Shown here: piece by piece, positions 1-8,561 of the stretch
Numbering within the stretch: the first letter of the stretch is position 1
Layout: every line of letters begins with the position of its first letter
From: Tubiluchus corallicola
Taxonomy: Eukaryota > Animalia > Priapulida
Assembly: GCA_030141605.1 (NCBI GenBank)
Contig: JAQGDQ010002193.1
Location: forward strand, 1 to 9,793
Length of the DNA: 9,793 nucleotides
Direction of reading: 5' to 3'
Notes under the pieces: model-generated
What the model saw: the letters and a program-made list of their open reading frames with translations, nothing else
What the model was told of the DNA's origin: nothing
Databases searched by the model: none
Program-made: the position numbers and the translations under genes

Positions 1-799
1 TTTTTCAAAATAGATGGCGTTCACGGATGTACAGTTATATATAAAGCTTTGTGCGCTTTTACTATACGGTCAGGAGTGATAATAACTTTTACTGATCCCC
101 ACCTTAATTAAAATATTACTTGTAACACATGATTACACATACAAATCTTTATTGAATTACTGAAAAAAAATCACCGTCTCACAAATTGATGTCGATGAAA
201 TTTCGTCATCTATTTGTACTTGTTTGTTTGATTTTCAGAGCTTTATTAATTTCATCTGTAAAGTAAAATAAAAAGCAAACGTATCAATGGCATTTTGAAG
301 CCACTAATACATAACTTAAAGGAAGACAAGAGATTTTTCACATACTACCCCATTTTCAAGTCCAATAAAAAGTGTACGTTTTAACACAATTAATACTGTA
401 AAAGCGTTTCTGATAATTAAATAATAGGTTAAAAGTTAATTAATGATTGGAAAGCCCAACTGTTGATGTCATTATAAACTAATATAATTTTCAACAGCAA
501 AAATATTCCATGAGCGTGCTGCACGTGTTTGCGAAAGCGAAAACTGAAGTACAGTACTACTATAGGATAGTCAGTGTGTTGTACTAAAACCAGGCAAGTT
601 TTAAGATAAGATTAAAATCTCAAATTTACTGCTTTACACACGCATGAGCTGTCGAATGTGTGCAGTACATCACAAAAGAAAACATCTGAACTAACACACT
701 GTAACTCATGTGAGAGGTACAGCACCTGTTTTTGTGCCATCTGTTTTCGAAATGCGGGCTCTAGTGCCCATCTAACTAGTGAATGGTAAAATGCTTTTA

Positions 800-1168
800 A
801 CAGCGGCGCGAACGTGAAATTCTCCAAAAATGCCCATTTTTCGACTGTTTTTTGCAAAGCTTATTTCTAGAGAACGGGAACGAGCCAGGGGAGGTGCCGG
901 CCATGGATAGATAGCCCGTTCAGTGGTGGTTGTCATAGGTATATGAATTTGAGGGCCACGGCGCCCCACAACGGGCATTTTCCCGGACCCAATTCGCAAT
1001 TTTTTCGAAATTTTGACCGAACAGCATGCGGAAAAAACGTTCTAGCGGCGCCTGGTGGGACTCTCGGAAGGAGATGTATGACTCTTTAGAAAGAGCAAGA
1101 ACAGGGCTACATGATGATGTGGGCCATGCTTTAGGACAGGTCCACCAAAAGGAATACCAACGAGTTAA
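800..1168. mobile_element. Probable DNA transposon remnant with a piggyBac-like right end
   Basis: CpG-rich block in an AT-rich background that ends abruptly at ...CCAACGAG|TTAA (TTAA at 1165-1168). No matching left end found; the left boundary is approximate. Confidence 0.35.
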
Positions 1169-1227
1169 TTAATGTTCTATTTTCGGCAATTTTCCCTTGG
1201 AAAACTGCAGACGCAATGCCATTGTTC

Positions 1228-1235
1228 TGACGTCA
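1228..1235. promoter_or_regulatory. Perfect CRE/ATF palindrome TGACGTCA upstream of SGT
   Basis: Exact 8-mer ~260 nt upstream of the first visible exon; a second copy (ATGACGTCAT) lies at 1900-1909 in intron 1. Function untested. Confidence 0.3.
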
Positions 1236-1521
1236 TCCATTATATTCTGCTTACAACCTTATAACTTTAATTCAGTAAAAGCTGCTGCTGGCTTTGCATT
1301 ATAAATGAGGACTATGTAGGATGTTCGTGCATTATTGATTATAAGTGTATTTATACGCAAATTTTTTGCGGGGCCTTTGCTATTGACACATTATTTCAGT
1401 ACAGTGACATTTCACATTTTGACTTCTAAAACTTAATCATTGGAGGTGTGGGCTGATGACTTCTGCATTTTTAATCATGATTTTATTGTTTAGGTTGAGA
1501 AGCTGCAAAGAAGTCGCGAAC

Positions 1522-1621
1522 ATGTCTGATCGAGAACGATTAGTATTCGCCGTTTTACAATTTTTAAATTCAGAAGTTCAGTCGGGTCGGTTTTCGGCAG
1601 ACGCTGCAGAAAGTATAGAAG
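1522..1621 (+). CDS. SGTA: SGT coding exon 1 (MSDRERL...AESIE); the exon includes 5' UTR from 1494
   Basis: ATG at 1522 (context GAACATGT); upstream acceptor ttttattgtttAG ending 1493; donor GTattt at 1622; 100 coding nt, phase 1. Confidence 0.93.
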
Positions 1622-4600
1622 GTATTTCACCAGTTTTGCTGAATTTATTAATTTTGTATCTTATTATTTTTTTATTAATTTGTTATTTTAACCAGCAAAA
1701 CTATGTATGTATGTAAAACAGTTAAAGGAAAGATCAAGCCTTCTGGGAAGTTTGCCTTATTTCTATATTTGCAAAAAAATGTTAAAATGATGTAGTACTG
1801 TAAGTGTAATAAGCGCCTTGTGTAAGAAGTAAAATCATTTTTCACTTGCGATCACTTCATGCTTTTGGGCTCTTATTTTCAATACACATTCTTCTTCCTA
1901 TGACGTCATTCGTCTTGAGGAAAATTAGCGTACTGTCAATCTTCATCAAAAATATAAAAAGTTTTTACAAAATGATTAGATAGCTAATTTGCAGTATTTT
2001 TGCATGAACATTACCTAAGTTGCAGAAGTTTCAATTAGTTTAAGCAGCGCGCGCTTACGGAAAGACACGACGCGCTTACGAAAAGTCGCGAAGTCCCCCA
2101 GTTTCCTCATAATCTTCAAATGAATGACAGCATCCGCCACACCCGAAAATTTCTATTCAGCAGTAGTTGGTACATTGTAAATTTGTCAATCTTTGTCAAG
2201 TATAATAAGGTTTTACAAAAACATTAGATAGCAGGTTTTGTAACATTTTTGCGCGAATGTTAATTAAGGCACAGAAGTTTAAATTAGTTTAAGCGGCATG
2301 CGTTTACGGAAAGTCACATTAAGCCATATTACGCGAATTGTATTACTAGTTATCACATACTAAATTACATTTTGCCTTTTTGCACGTGTATGCAGCCTTA
2401 GAAACTAAAGAAAACTAAGAATTCACATAAAAAAAATGGAGCTATGCTCTAATAATGATTTTTACAACGCTACCTTAACACTGAGTGACCGTTGTTGCAT
2501 TTTCTCACTTTTGAAAGGCACTGCATACCCATAACTCCATTGTATGTGGGACCTTTTACCAGTTCAGATTTTGTCCATATCTTCTGCTATCCGTAAAAGC
2601 GAGGTCTGGTAAAATGAGATATGAGTACAGTCAACCCTCGTTAAACCGGACTAATGGGGGGGGTCCGGTTTAGCCGATTGTCCTATTTATCCGATATGCC
2701 TATATACATTGCACTATATACTATACTGTATATTACTTTAAAATAGTTAACCTGTGATGATAAACAAATTCGATGGGGTAAGCAAACTGAATTTTGGCGG
2801 GTATCGTAGCAGCCTGGGCGGTACCGCGAGCCGCTTCGGCCCGTCAATGGCTCGTGGTGAGTTGGTAGGCCGTGTTGTGTTTAGCGCTCGGGCTCGGTCG
2901 GAAATCGGTCAGTTTCCTTTACCACGGATGACGTCCATCTTATCCGATATCCGGGCTAACGGGGTCCGGTTTAACGAGGGTCATTTGTGTTGCATAAGAT
3001 GAAAATGGGGTGAAAGCAGAATTTTGCATGAATTTGCTCTAACTGATTGGTAGGCAAACTAGCAAACTTTCTGTTTTCTTACTAGTGGCACAGCAATGCC
3101 TAGAAAGTGCCTACGGAGTTACAATTCATGACGCCGAATTAGCCAATCAGCTCAGAGTATCAAAGGATTTGCAGGAAATCTTTTCGGCAGCAACTAAGGT
3201 ATGTTTTTATATACTCACTGTCAGGTAGTGTAAAGTCCCAAGGTGTTTTGCGTGTTTGCATAGCAAAATCGTCCATAAGTCGGCAGTTAAGCTTTTCTAG
3301 TTATTCACATATCCTGTATCTCCATTTCGTGAGGATCATTTTGATACCAAGTTCATCGCTCTATGTTATTTCTAAGCTGAGGTAATCCACATTGAAGTTG
3401 AGGTGCAGGCTGCACACTGAAAACATAATCTTGAGAACTTCACTGTTAAAGTCAGTCATTGTTTTTTGTCACGTTTTTGCAAAACGCTTAGCAACGATTG
3501 CAAACCATTCCAGTTTATGGAAACGACAGTCCTTGCCAGTGGCGCCATTGTTTAGCAAAAAATTTTAGCCATTGTTTTAATACTGTGTAAAACAAAACAA
3601 TCATATTTAATTTTAATTGTTGTAATTTGAAATTGTAATTTTAAACAGACAAACATAGAGAACAATCCGGTTTGACTGGAGTTACGCGGAGTTTACTGTA
3701 GTTGCGTAATCATTGTAGGAGTTTGTCTTTGTCTTCAAGCTGGTCTGTAGACCTCGTGGAAATGTCATGGGACTGTTGATCACATAGTTGGGCATTTTTA
3801 TAATTTGCTTTCCGCCGTCGCGCTGTCTTCCTTTCCGTCGATAATTTTTAGAAGAATGATAAGAAAACTTTGCTCAAATTTGTTTTGCTTTGTTGTCAGA
3901 TTTTTATTTCAATTCTTGTTTCAGTTCTTATTTCAGTTCAGTTTTATTTCAGTTATTTCAATTTGATTTTTTTTATTATGCACTTATTATTACTGTGTAT
4001 GAATTGTACTAACACGTTATAAGCATATCAATTTAATGTCATTCGTAAGAATTAAATCTTTATTATAAGCAGTACTAACACTAATACACTGTAGCATAGC
4101 ACCTATAAAAATGTTCATCACTAACCAAAGGGTAGCTGACTAGATCACCAATTGGTGTTTTGCTGCCCTTTCTTCACATTTATGTTTCCAAATTAATTGT
4201 ATTATAACTGTGTGTGTGTTGCCAGATAAATAAAAGATTATTATTATTATTATTATTGCTTTCACAGGATGACAGGCCAGCAGCAGCTTCAGCAGAACAA
4301 AAGGACAAGGCTGAGGATTTTAAAAACGAAGGTTTGTTGTCATTGTTCATTCATCAATCGTGTAGGAAAGACTCATTTGTATCCGGGGATGTTACCGAAC
4401 TGAAACATTTTTGCAAACCAACGAATATTAAAACTGAAAAAAGTAAATTCTAAAGTAAATAAAGTATTTTGTTTTTTGTTTGCTGTGATGCAAAATTACT
4501 GATAAAAAATTCTAATACAGGAAGGACAAAGAAGTTTTATAGTGTAGAACCTCAAGTTTGATGGAAGGACTTTCATTAGAAAATGTGCTATAATGTTTTT

Positions 4601-7600
4601 GGATTTAACTAGCTCAAATATCACCTATGCTTACATCATACCTTAAAACTCTTAGAATTTATTAAAATTCTACATGATTCATTTTTTTATGATTTCAATG
4701 AATTCTCAACAAATGCTGATTAATCATAAAGAAAAATGGGGTAATTTTTTAGGTCACCCTGTGTTATATTTGCTCTCGCTTCTTCAACTTACTCGCGGTC
4801 TTTGCTTGTTTTTCTCAGGTAACACGTTAATGAGAAGCGAACAGTATGAGAAAGCTATAGAAATGTACACAAAAGCCATAGCGTTAGATGGGTCCAATGC
4901 TGTATACTATTGCAATAGGTTTGTTTGTTTATTCTTACATATTGTATGTCTACTCGAGCTTGAATAGCAGAAGTGTTTTTTGTATGTTACGAGTGTCTTA
5001 AATTATTTAGAACAGGGGTATGCAAATTATCTGACTAGCCAGGCCACGTTAAACATTCCCGCAATTCCTGCGGACCACATGCAGTTTGGTCAAGCAGTAC
5101 AGTAGGACGCAATAACGATTTTTTTGCATCTGATTTGCGCACATCATTACTACTGCACTACTACACTCAATAAACTATTTTAGAAGTTATTAAAATTTAT
5201 ATTAAAAATCATATATTTCGTCATGTCTGACAGTGACATTAAGTGACAACGGTCTTGTAAGGGTTAATGGCATCTGATCTAGAGGAAAAAACTACCCGCA
5301 CTATCTTTGCGTTATTGGCGCAGACTTCAGCTGGATCGTGTGGGCCGCACTTTCGTTTCTTTGACAAACCTCTTCGCGGGCCGCACAAGATCTCTCGGCG
5401 TGCCGCAAGTGCCCGCGGGCCGCAGTTTGCACACCCCTGGTTTAGAGTATTTAATGAAGGAAGTTTGTTGTGCTATTTAAAGAATCACATTTGGCATATT
5501 GTCTCTAGGATCTTATTAGCTCTAACAGCAGCACAGCTATAATGCCTTGCAATCGATAAAGTTTTTTCTTAACTTGTTTTCTGTAGAGCTGCAGCGCATA
5601 GTAAATTAAACAAACATGAAGAAGCTATACAGGACTGTGAGCGAGCGGTTGTTATAGACTCTTCATATAGTAAAGCTTATGGAAGAATGGGGTATGTAAA
5701 AAAACATATGAACATGCTATATAATTGTCTTCAATTGCATACTCATTCGTAATTAGGTTAAACTAAAATTCCGATTCAAAGAATGCCACTAGTTATTTCC
5801 GTAACGCTTCATCTGTGTGGATCTTTTAGTAAAACTTTCTTTTTTTACAGATTGGCCTACACTAGTTTGAACATGCATAATGACGCTAAGCGATGTTACG
5901 AAAAAGCCTTAGAACTCGATCCAGACAATCAAAGTTACCACAATAACCTTCGCATAGCTGAGGAAAAAATGCGCGAGGCAAACATATCACAGGGGGTAAG
6001 ATCGGAAATTTCTCCCTGTTTTCATTTGTCAAATAGTTGTTTAATTTTTTTATGAATAATGATATATTAGTCGTGTATATATCATCATGTATCATGTACA
6101 GTGTTCCTTCGCTACTTCCGTGGTTCGTTTATTGCGAACTCGCTGTTTCGCTGGTTTTCAAAAATATTAATGTAAAATATTTATCGCAGTATTTTCGCTG
6201 TTTCGCGGGTTTTTGCGGTACTCCATCTAAAGTATTTTGGCACATGCGTAGTACGTATTGTATAGTAATGTATAGATTTGATGAATTCTGCATAAAAAAA
6301 TCACAAAATGTATAAAAATATATTAAAAATATTAATTCTAACATTAAAAGAATATTATAAATCATAAAAAATTACCATTTACAGTACATGTACAGTAGTT
6401 TATTCGGCGGATAAATACACACCAAAAAACGAAATGTAGTACTTGCGCCCGCTTGAGATGCTACTTGCTGATTGTACACAGCACATAAAGACTTAAAATA
6501 ATGCATAACTACTAAAATAAGTCTAGTGTCCCTACTTCGTGGAAATTCGCGTGTATTTTCAAACTCCGATTGTAGCTGATCATAGAAGCAGTCATTTTTC
6601 TGATGACAAACGCAGATAGAGAACAATAAAGCTTTATTTTGAACGTCTTTACACAGTCGTTTTCCTTTAATGTCTTTTATACTCCTTGTAATTTTACTTC
6701 ATTAGTTTTGTGTATATTTTAGGGCGGTGCTGGGGGTGGCGGCTTTCCAATGAACTTTGGTGGTATGGACTTTGCCAGTTTGCTCAACAATCCAGCACTT
6801 ATGAACATGGTAACCTATCATCTGGTTTTGTCGAATTTTTACAAGTAGATCTAATTGTCCATCTGTGTTGTTAAATTTGAAATGTAGTAAAGAGGAATTC
6901 TTCTGACGGGGAGGTGTGCTTTGTATCCTCAAGTTGAACAAATTTCTTTCTTAGATCAATTAAATCAGTTGTTAATTATACACATTTTGGATGAAAGGAT
7001 AATCAATATTTTCATTAGGGATGAGAATTTTCCGCGGATACGCGGAATTCCGAGTTTTTGGAAGACCCAGTAGTGCCATTTTTGTAAATCTCGTAAATTC
7101 GTTGAGAAAATTTTTACGGACCCAGTACATTATTTCACAAGTTGACCGCTAGGTGGCAGGTCGTCACTTTGTTTACATCACGTACATCAGTGTAACCACG
7201 TGTATAACTCTATGTATAAAAATATAGAATCAATTGTGCAGAGTTATTTGAGTGAATTGCCGACAGTTTTTAAATACCTTTGCATAGGAGCGGTCCATAT
7301 TAGACGTTTTTGAGTCAGTTAGACGGTTGATTATACATCACCATGAGTCTACGCGACACTTACTGTATCGATGATAGTAACGAAAAATCGGCAAATTGGA
7401 CCGATGTCTCCCCGCTTTTGTCTGGCAAACGAGATATGAGTTTACTTTTACAGTTTGCGTTTAACGACCAAATTCTAAACGACTGTTATAACAACAATTT
7501 TGATTACTTCTTACAGTTTGTATAAAAAATAGCCGTTTTATTTTTTTGTGCTAACTTCAGGAGAGAGTAGAAAGAATATTTATTCAATTTGTTTTCTCAT

Positions 7601-7659
7601 ACGAAATTACCTTCATTTTAGGCTACGCAGATGATGCAAACTCCGCAGATGCAGCAAAT
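1522..7659 (+). CDS. SGTA: Small glutamine-rich TPR-containing co-chaperone (SGT family); spliced, 3'-partial, 8 coding exons in window
   Basis: Hand-spliced translation: [250 protein letters not shown]. It has the SGT N-terminal dimerisation domain ([15 protein letters not shown]), three TPRs with carboxylate-clamp residues (K/N of FKNEGN, N of YCNRAAA, K/R of YSKAYGRMG) and the LLNNP M/Q-rich start of the C-terminal domain. If invertebrate, it is probably co-orthologous to both SGTA and SGTB. Confidence 0.96.
1934..2317 (+). repeat. Diverged direct repeat, two ~135 bp copies, 250 bp period
   Basis: 1934-2068 and 2184-2317 align collinearly (tgtcaatctt...ttttacaaaa...attagatagc...cagaagttt.aattagtttaagc...ttacggaaag.cac). 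There is a nested 21-bp tandem duplication at 2050-2070/2071-2091 (18/21 identical). Confidence 0.85.
2628..2987. mobile_element. Tc1/mariner-superfamily (pogo/Tigger-like) MITE, ~360 bp
   Basis: Begins TA|CAGTCAACCCTCG; perfect 18-bp inverted repeat ACCCTCGTTAAACCGGAC (2634-2651) / GTCCGGTTTAACGAGGGT (2964-2981); extra subterminal copy GTCCGGTTTA at 2663-2672. The outermost right-hand bases and right TA are degenerate. Confidence 0.85.
3086..3198 (+). CDS. SGTA: SGT coding exon 2 ([11 protein letters not shown]...FSAATK)
   Basis: Acceptor ctgttttcttactAG ending 3085; donor GTatgt at 3199; 113 nt; completes the GTG (Val) codon with exon 1. Not in the ORF track. Confidence 0.92.
3557..3657 (+). 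repeat. Solo partial copy of the long inverted-repeat arm found at 8562-8704 and 9360-9501
   Basis: The 30-nt core TTTTAGCCATTGTTTTAATACTGTGTAAAA (3563-3592) is identical to 8586-8615 and to the reverse complement of 9446-9475; similarity continues ~65 nt further. Confidence 0.88.
3903..3965 (+). repeat. Low-complexity degenerate tandem repeat, (TTATTTCAGTT)-like
   Basis: About five imperfect ttatttca(a/g)tt units. Confidence 0.6.
4237..4257 (+). repeat. (ATT)7 microsatellite
   Basis: Seven perfect ATT units ending 10 nt before exon 3. Confidence 0.9.
4268..4331 (+). CDS. SGTA: SGT coding exon 3 (DDRPAAAS...FKNE)
   Basis: Acceptor gctttcacAG ending 4267; donor GTttgt at 4332; 64 nt; linker plus start of TPR1. 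Confidence 0.9.
4819..4918 (+). CDS. SGTA: SGT coding exon 4 ([10 protein letters not shown]...YYCNR), TPR1-2
   Basis: Acceptor gtttttctcAG ending 4818; donor GTttgt at 4919; 100 nt. Confidence 0.95.
5013..5439. mobile_element. hAT-superfamily (Charlie/Buster-like) MITE, 427 bp
   Basis: TIRs CAGGGGTATGCAAA / TTTGCACACCCCTG (13/14 complementary); 8-bp TSD ATTTAGAA (5005-5012) vs GTTTAGAG (5440-5447), 6/8 identical with central TA; repeated subterminal GGGCCGCA motifs near 5342, 5378 and 5417. Confidence 0.9.
5587..5691 (+). CDS. SGTA: SGT coding exon 5 (AAAHSKL...KAYGRMG), TPR2-3
   Basis: Acceptor gttttctgtAG ending 5586; donor GTatgt at 5692; 105 nt. Not in the ORF track. Confidence 0.95.
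5851..5995 (+). CDS. SGTA: SGT coding exon 6 (LAYTSLN...NISQG), TPR3 and capping helix
   Basis: Acceptor ctttttttacAG ending 5850; donor GTaaga at 5996; 145 nt; contains [11 protein letters not shown]. Confidence 0.95.
6099..6550 (+). mobile_element. pogo/Tigger-like MITE, right end missing
   Basis: Begins TA|CAGTGTTCCTTCGCTACTT; repeated TCGCTGTTTCGC subterminal motifs (~6140, ~6195); CTACTTCGTGG recurs near 6532. No complementary right TIR found. Confidence 0.6.
6723..6809 (+). CDS. SGTA: SGT coding exon 7 (GGAGGGGFP...[10 protein letters not shown])
   Basis: Acceptor tatattttAG ending 6722; donor GTaacc at 6810; 87 nt, phase 0/0; SGT NNP motif. Confidence 0.92.
7016..7200 (+). mobile_element. 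Possible hAT (Ac-like) left-end fragment
   Basis: Starts TAGGGATG followed by CpG-rich CCGCGGATACGCGGAATTCCG and a duplicated GACCCAGTA; no CATCCCTA partner in the window. Right boundary approximate. Confidence 0.35.
7622..7659 (+). CDS. SGTA: SGT coding exon 8, 38-nt mini-exon ([12 protein letters not shown])
   Basis: Acceptor cttcattttAG ending 7621; consensus donor GTAAGT at 7660; M/Q-rich peptide typical of the SGT C-terminal domain. Confidence 0.88.
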
Positions 7660-8018
7660 GTAAGTAAAGTGTGCGGCATGTGCGGTTTACTAGCGTCGCA
7701 CAACTATAATTGCCTGTGCTTATTCTAAGACTTTGTGCGAACATTGTAATGCAAACGTAGGGCATTAAGCCTTATTACAGTTTAGTTGTGCTGCAGGTAA
7801 AAGGTTAAGTGTACCACAGCAATGCGCCTTAACTGCAGCTGTCACGTGACATGTGGGTAAAGCAAAACCGTCTGCCACACCAGTTCAGTGACTTTAGTTG
7901 TTTTACGTGTACCTTACTTAATTATGCATTAGTCTGTGCATAGGCGGATTAAGTAGCAGGATGTTCCTTGGGAACAAGTAAAAATGAACTAGGTAAGGTT
8001 CTAGCTAGCTGTTAAAAC

Positions 8019-8138
8019 TGTTACTGTTACTATTACTATTACTATTACTATTACTATTACTATTACTATTACTATTACTATTACTATTACTATTACTATT
8101 ACTATTACTATTACTATTACTATTACTATTACTATTGC
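8019..8138 (+). repeat. (TATTAC)n hexanucleotide microsatellite
   Basis: 17 perfect TATTAC units (8031-8132), preceded by two TGTTAC and followed by TATTGC. Confidence 0.97.
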
Positions 8139-8561
8139 ATGGGTTGCAAAGTGTTGTCAAATGTACACAAATGTGGTGTCTGGTACACTTGACCTTTGAC
8201 CTGTTCACGATCATCATCAATCGCTGGAACTGTGAAAAGGCCCATTCTTTTCGTTTCTCCGAGTGAAAGTGGGCGGAGAACAACGAGAGAGGAGAGAGAA
8301 ACACTTCTTACTTGCGTGATACGTTTCATTTCAATTAATTAAGTTTCTGAAGGATAGAATTAACGAAGGATCGAAGCAAGTAAGCATGTTGCTTCATATT
8401 TAGATAAACATTCTAACAAAAAAGAGCTAAATTTTGTTGTACTAATAGCTAGTGTTGATAACATACAAGTAATATTGTTGTATCGCAGCCCGAATGGAAG
8501 TTAGAGAACTTTAGCTTTATTTATCCAAGGGGTAAACAAATAAGCAGTGGTGGCCCATAGC

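Larger units (their letters stand above)
3770..4257 (+). mobile_element. Probable 5'-truncated non-LTR retrotransposon (CR1/L2-group-like) 3' end
   Basis: Stem-loop at 4127-4171, AATAAA at 4229-4234 and (ATT)7 tail at 4237-4257. An upstream frame reads [30 protein letters not shown], loosely like LINE ORF2 C-termini. Left boundary uncertain. Confidence 0.45.

Noticed and set aside
316-340. TTAA|AGG Kolobok-like left end
   Set aside because: Short motif with no complementary right end found.
612-999. Two minus-strand ORFs suggesting a divergent gene
   Set aside because: No recognisable protein features or consistent splice structure; they overlap the TE-like block.
1111-1230. C/D snoRNA candidate (ATGATGA at 1111, CTGA at 1227)
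   Set aside because: No convincing terminal stem or recognisable rRNA guide, and it straddles the putative TE boundary.
2754-3002. 82-aa ORF (also the 5267-5542, 6037-6315, 6129-6365 and 6372-6626 ORFs)
   Set aside because: They lie largely within MITEs and show no transposase or other motifs; chance ORFs.
3220-3550. MITE-looking sequence at the start of intron 2
   Set aside because: No terminal inverted repeats, TSD or second copy could be identified by eye.
7960-7992. Possible poison exon cAG|GATGTTCCTTGGGAACAAGTAA...AG|GTAAGG, in phase with exon 8 (MMFLGNK-stop)
   Set aside because: No polypyrimidine tract before the AG and no similarity to the SGT C-terminus; it would need junction reads to support it.
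8005-8304. 99-aa minus-strand ORF with a poly-(SN) tract
   Set aside because: The tract is just the translation of the (TATTAC)n microsatellite; the ORF is antisense in an intron with no recognisable domain.
8245-8415. H/ACA snoRNA candidate (hairpin, AGAGGA, hairpin)
   Set aside because: No ACA box at the expected position after the second stem, and the hairpin geometry is atypical.
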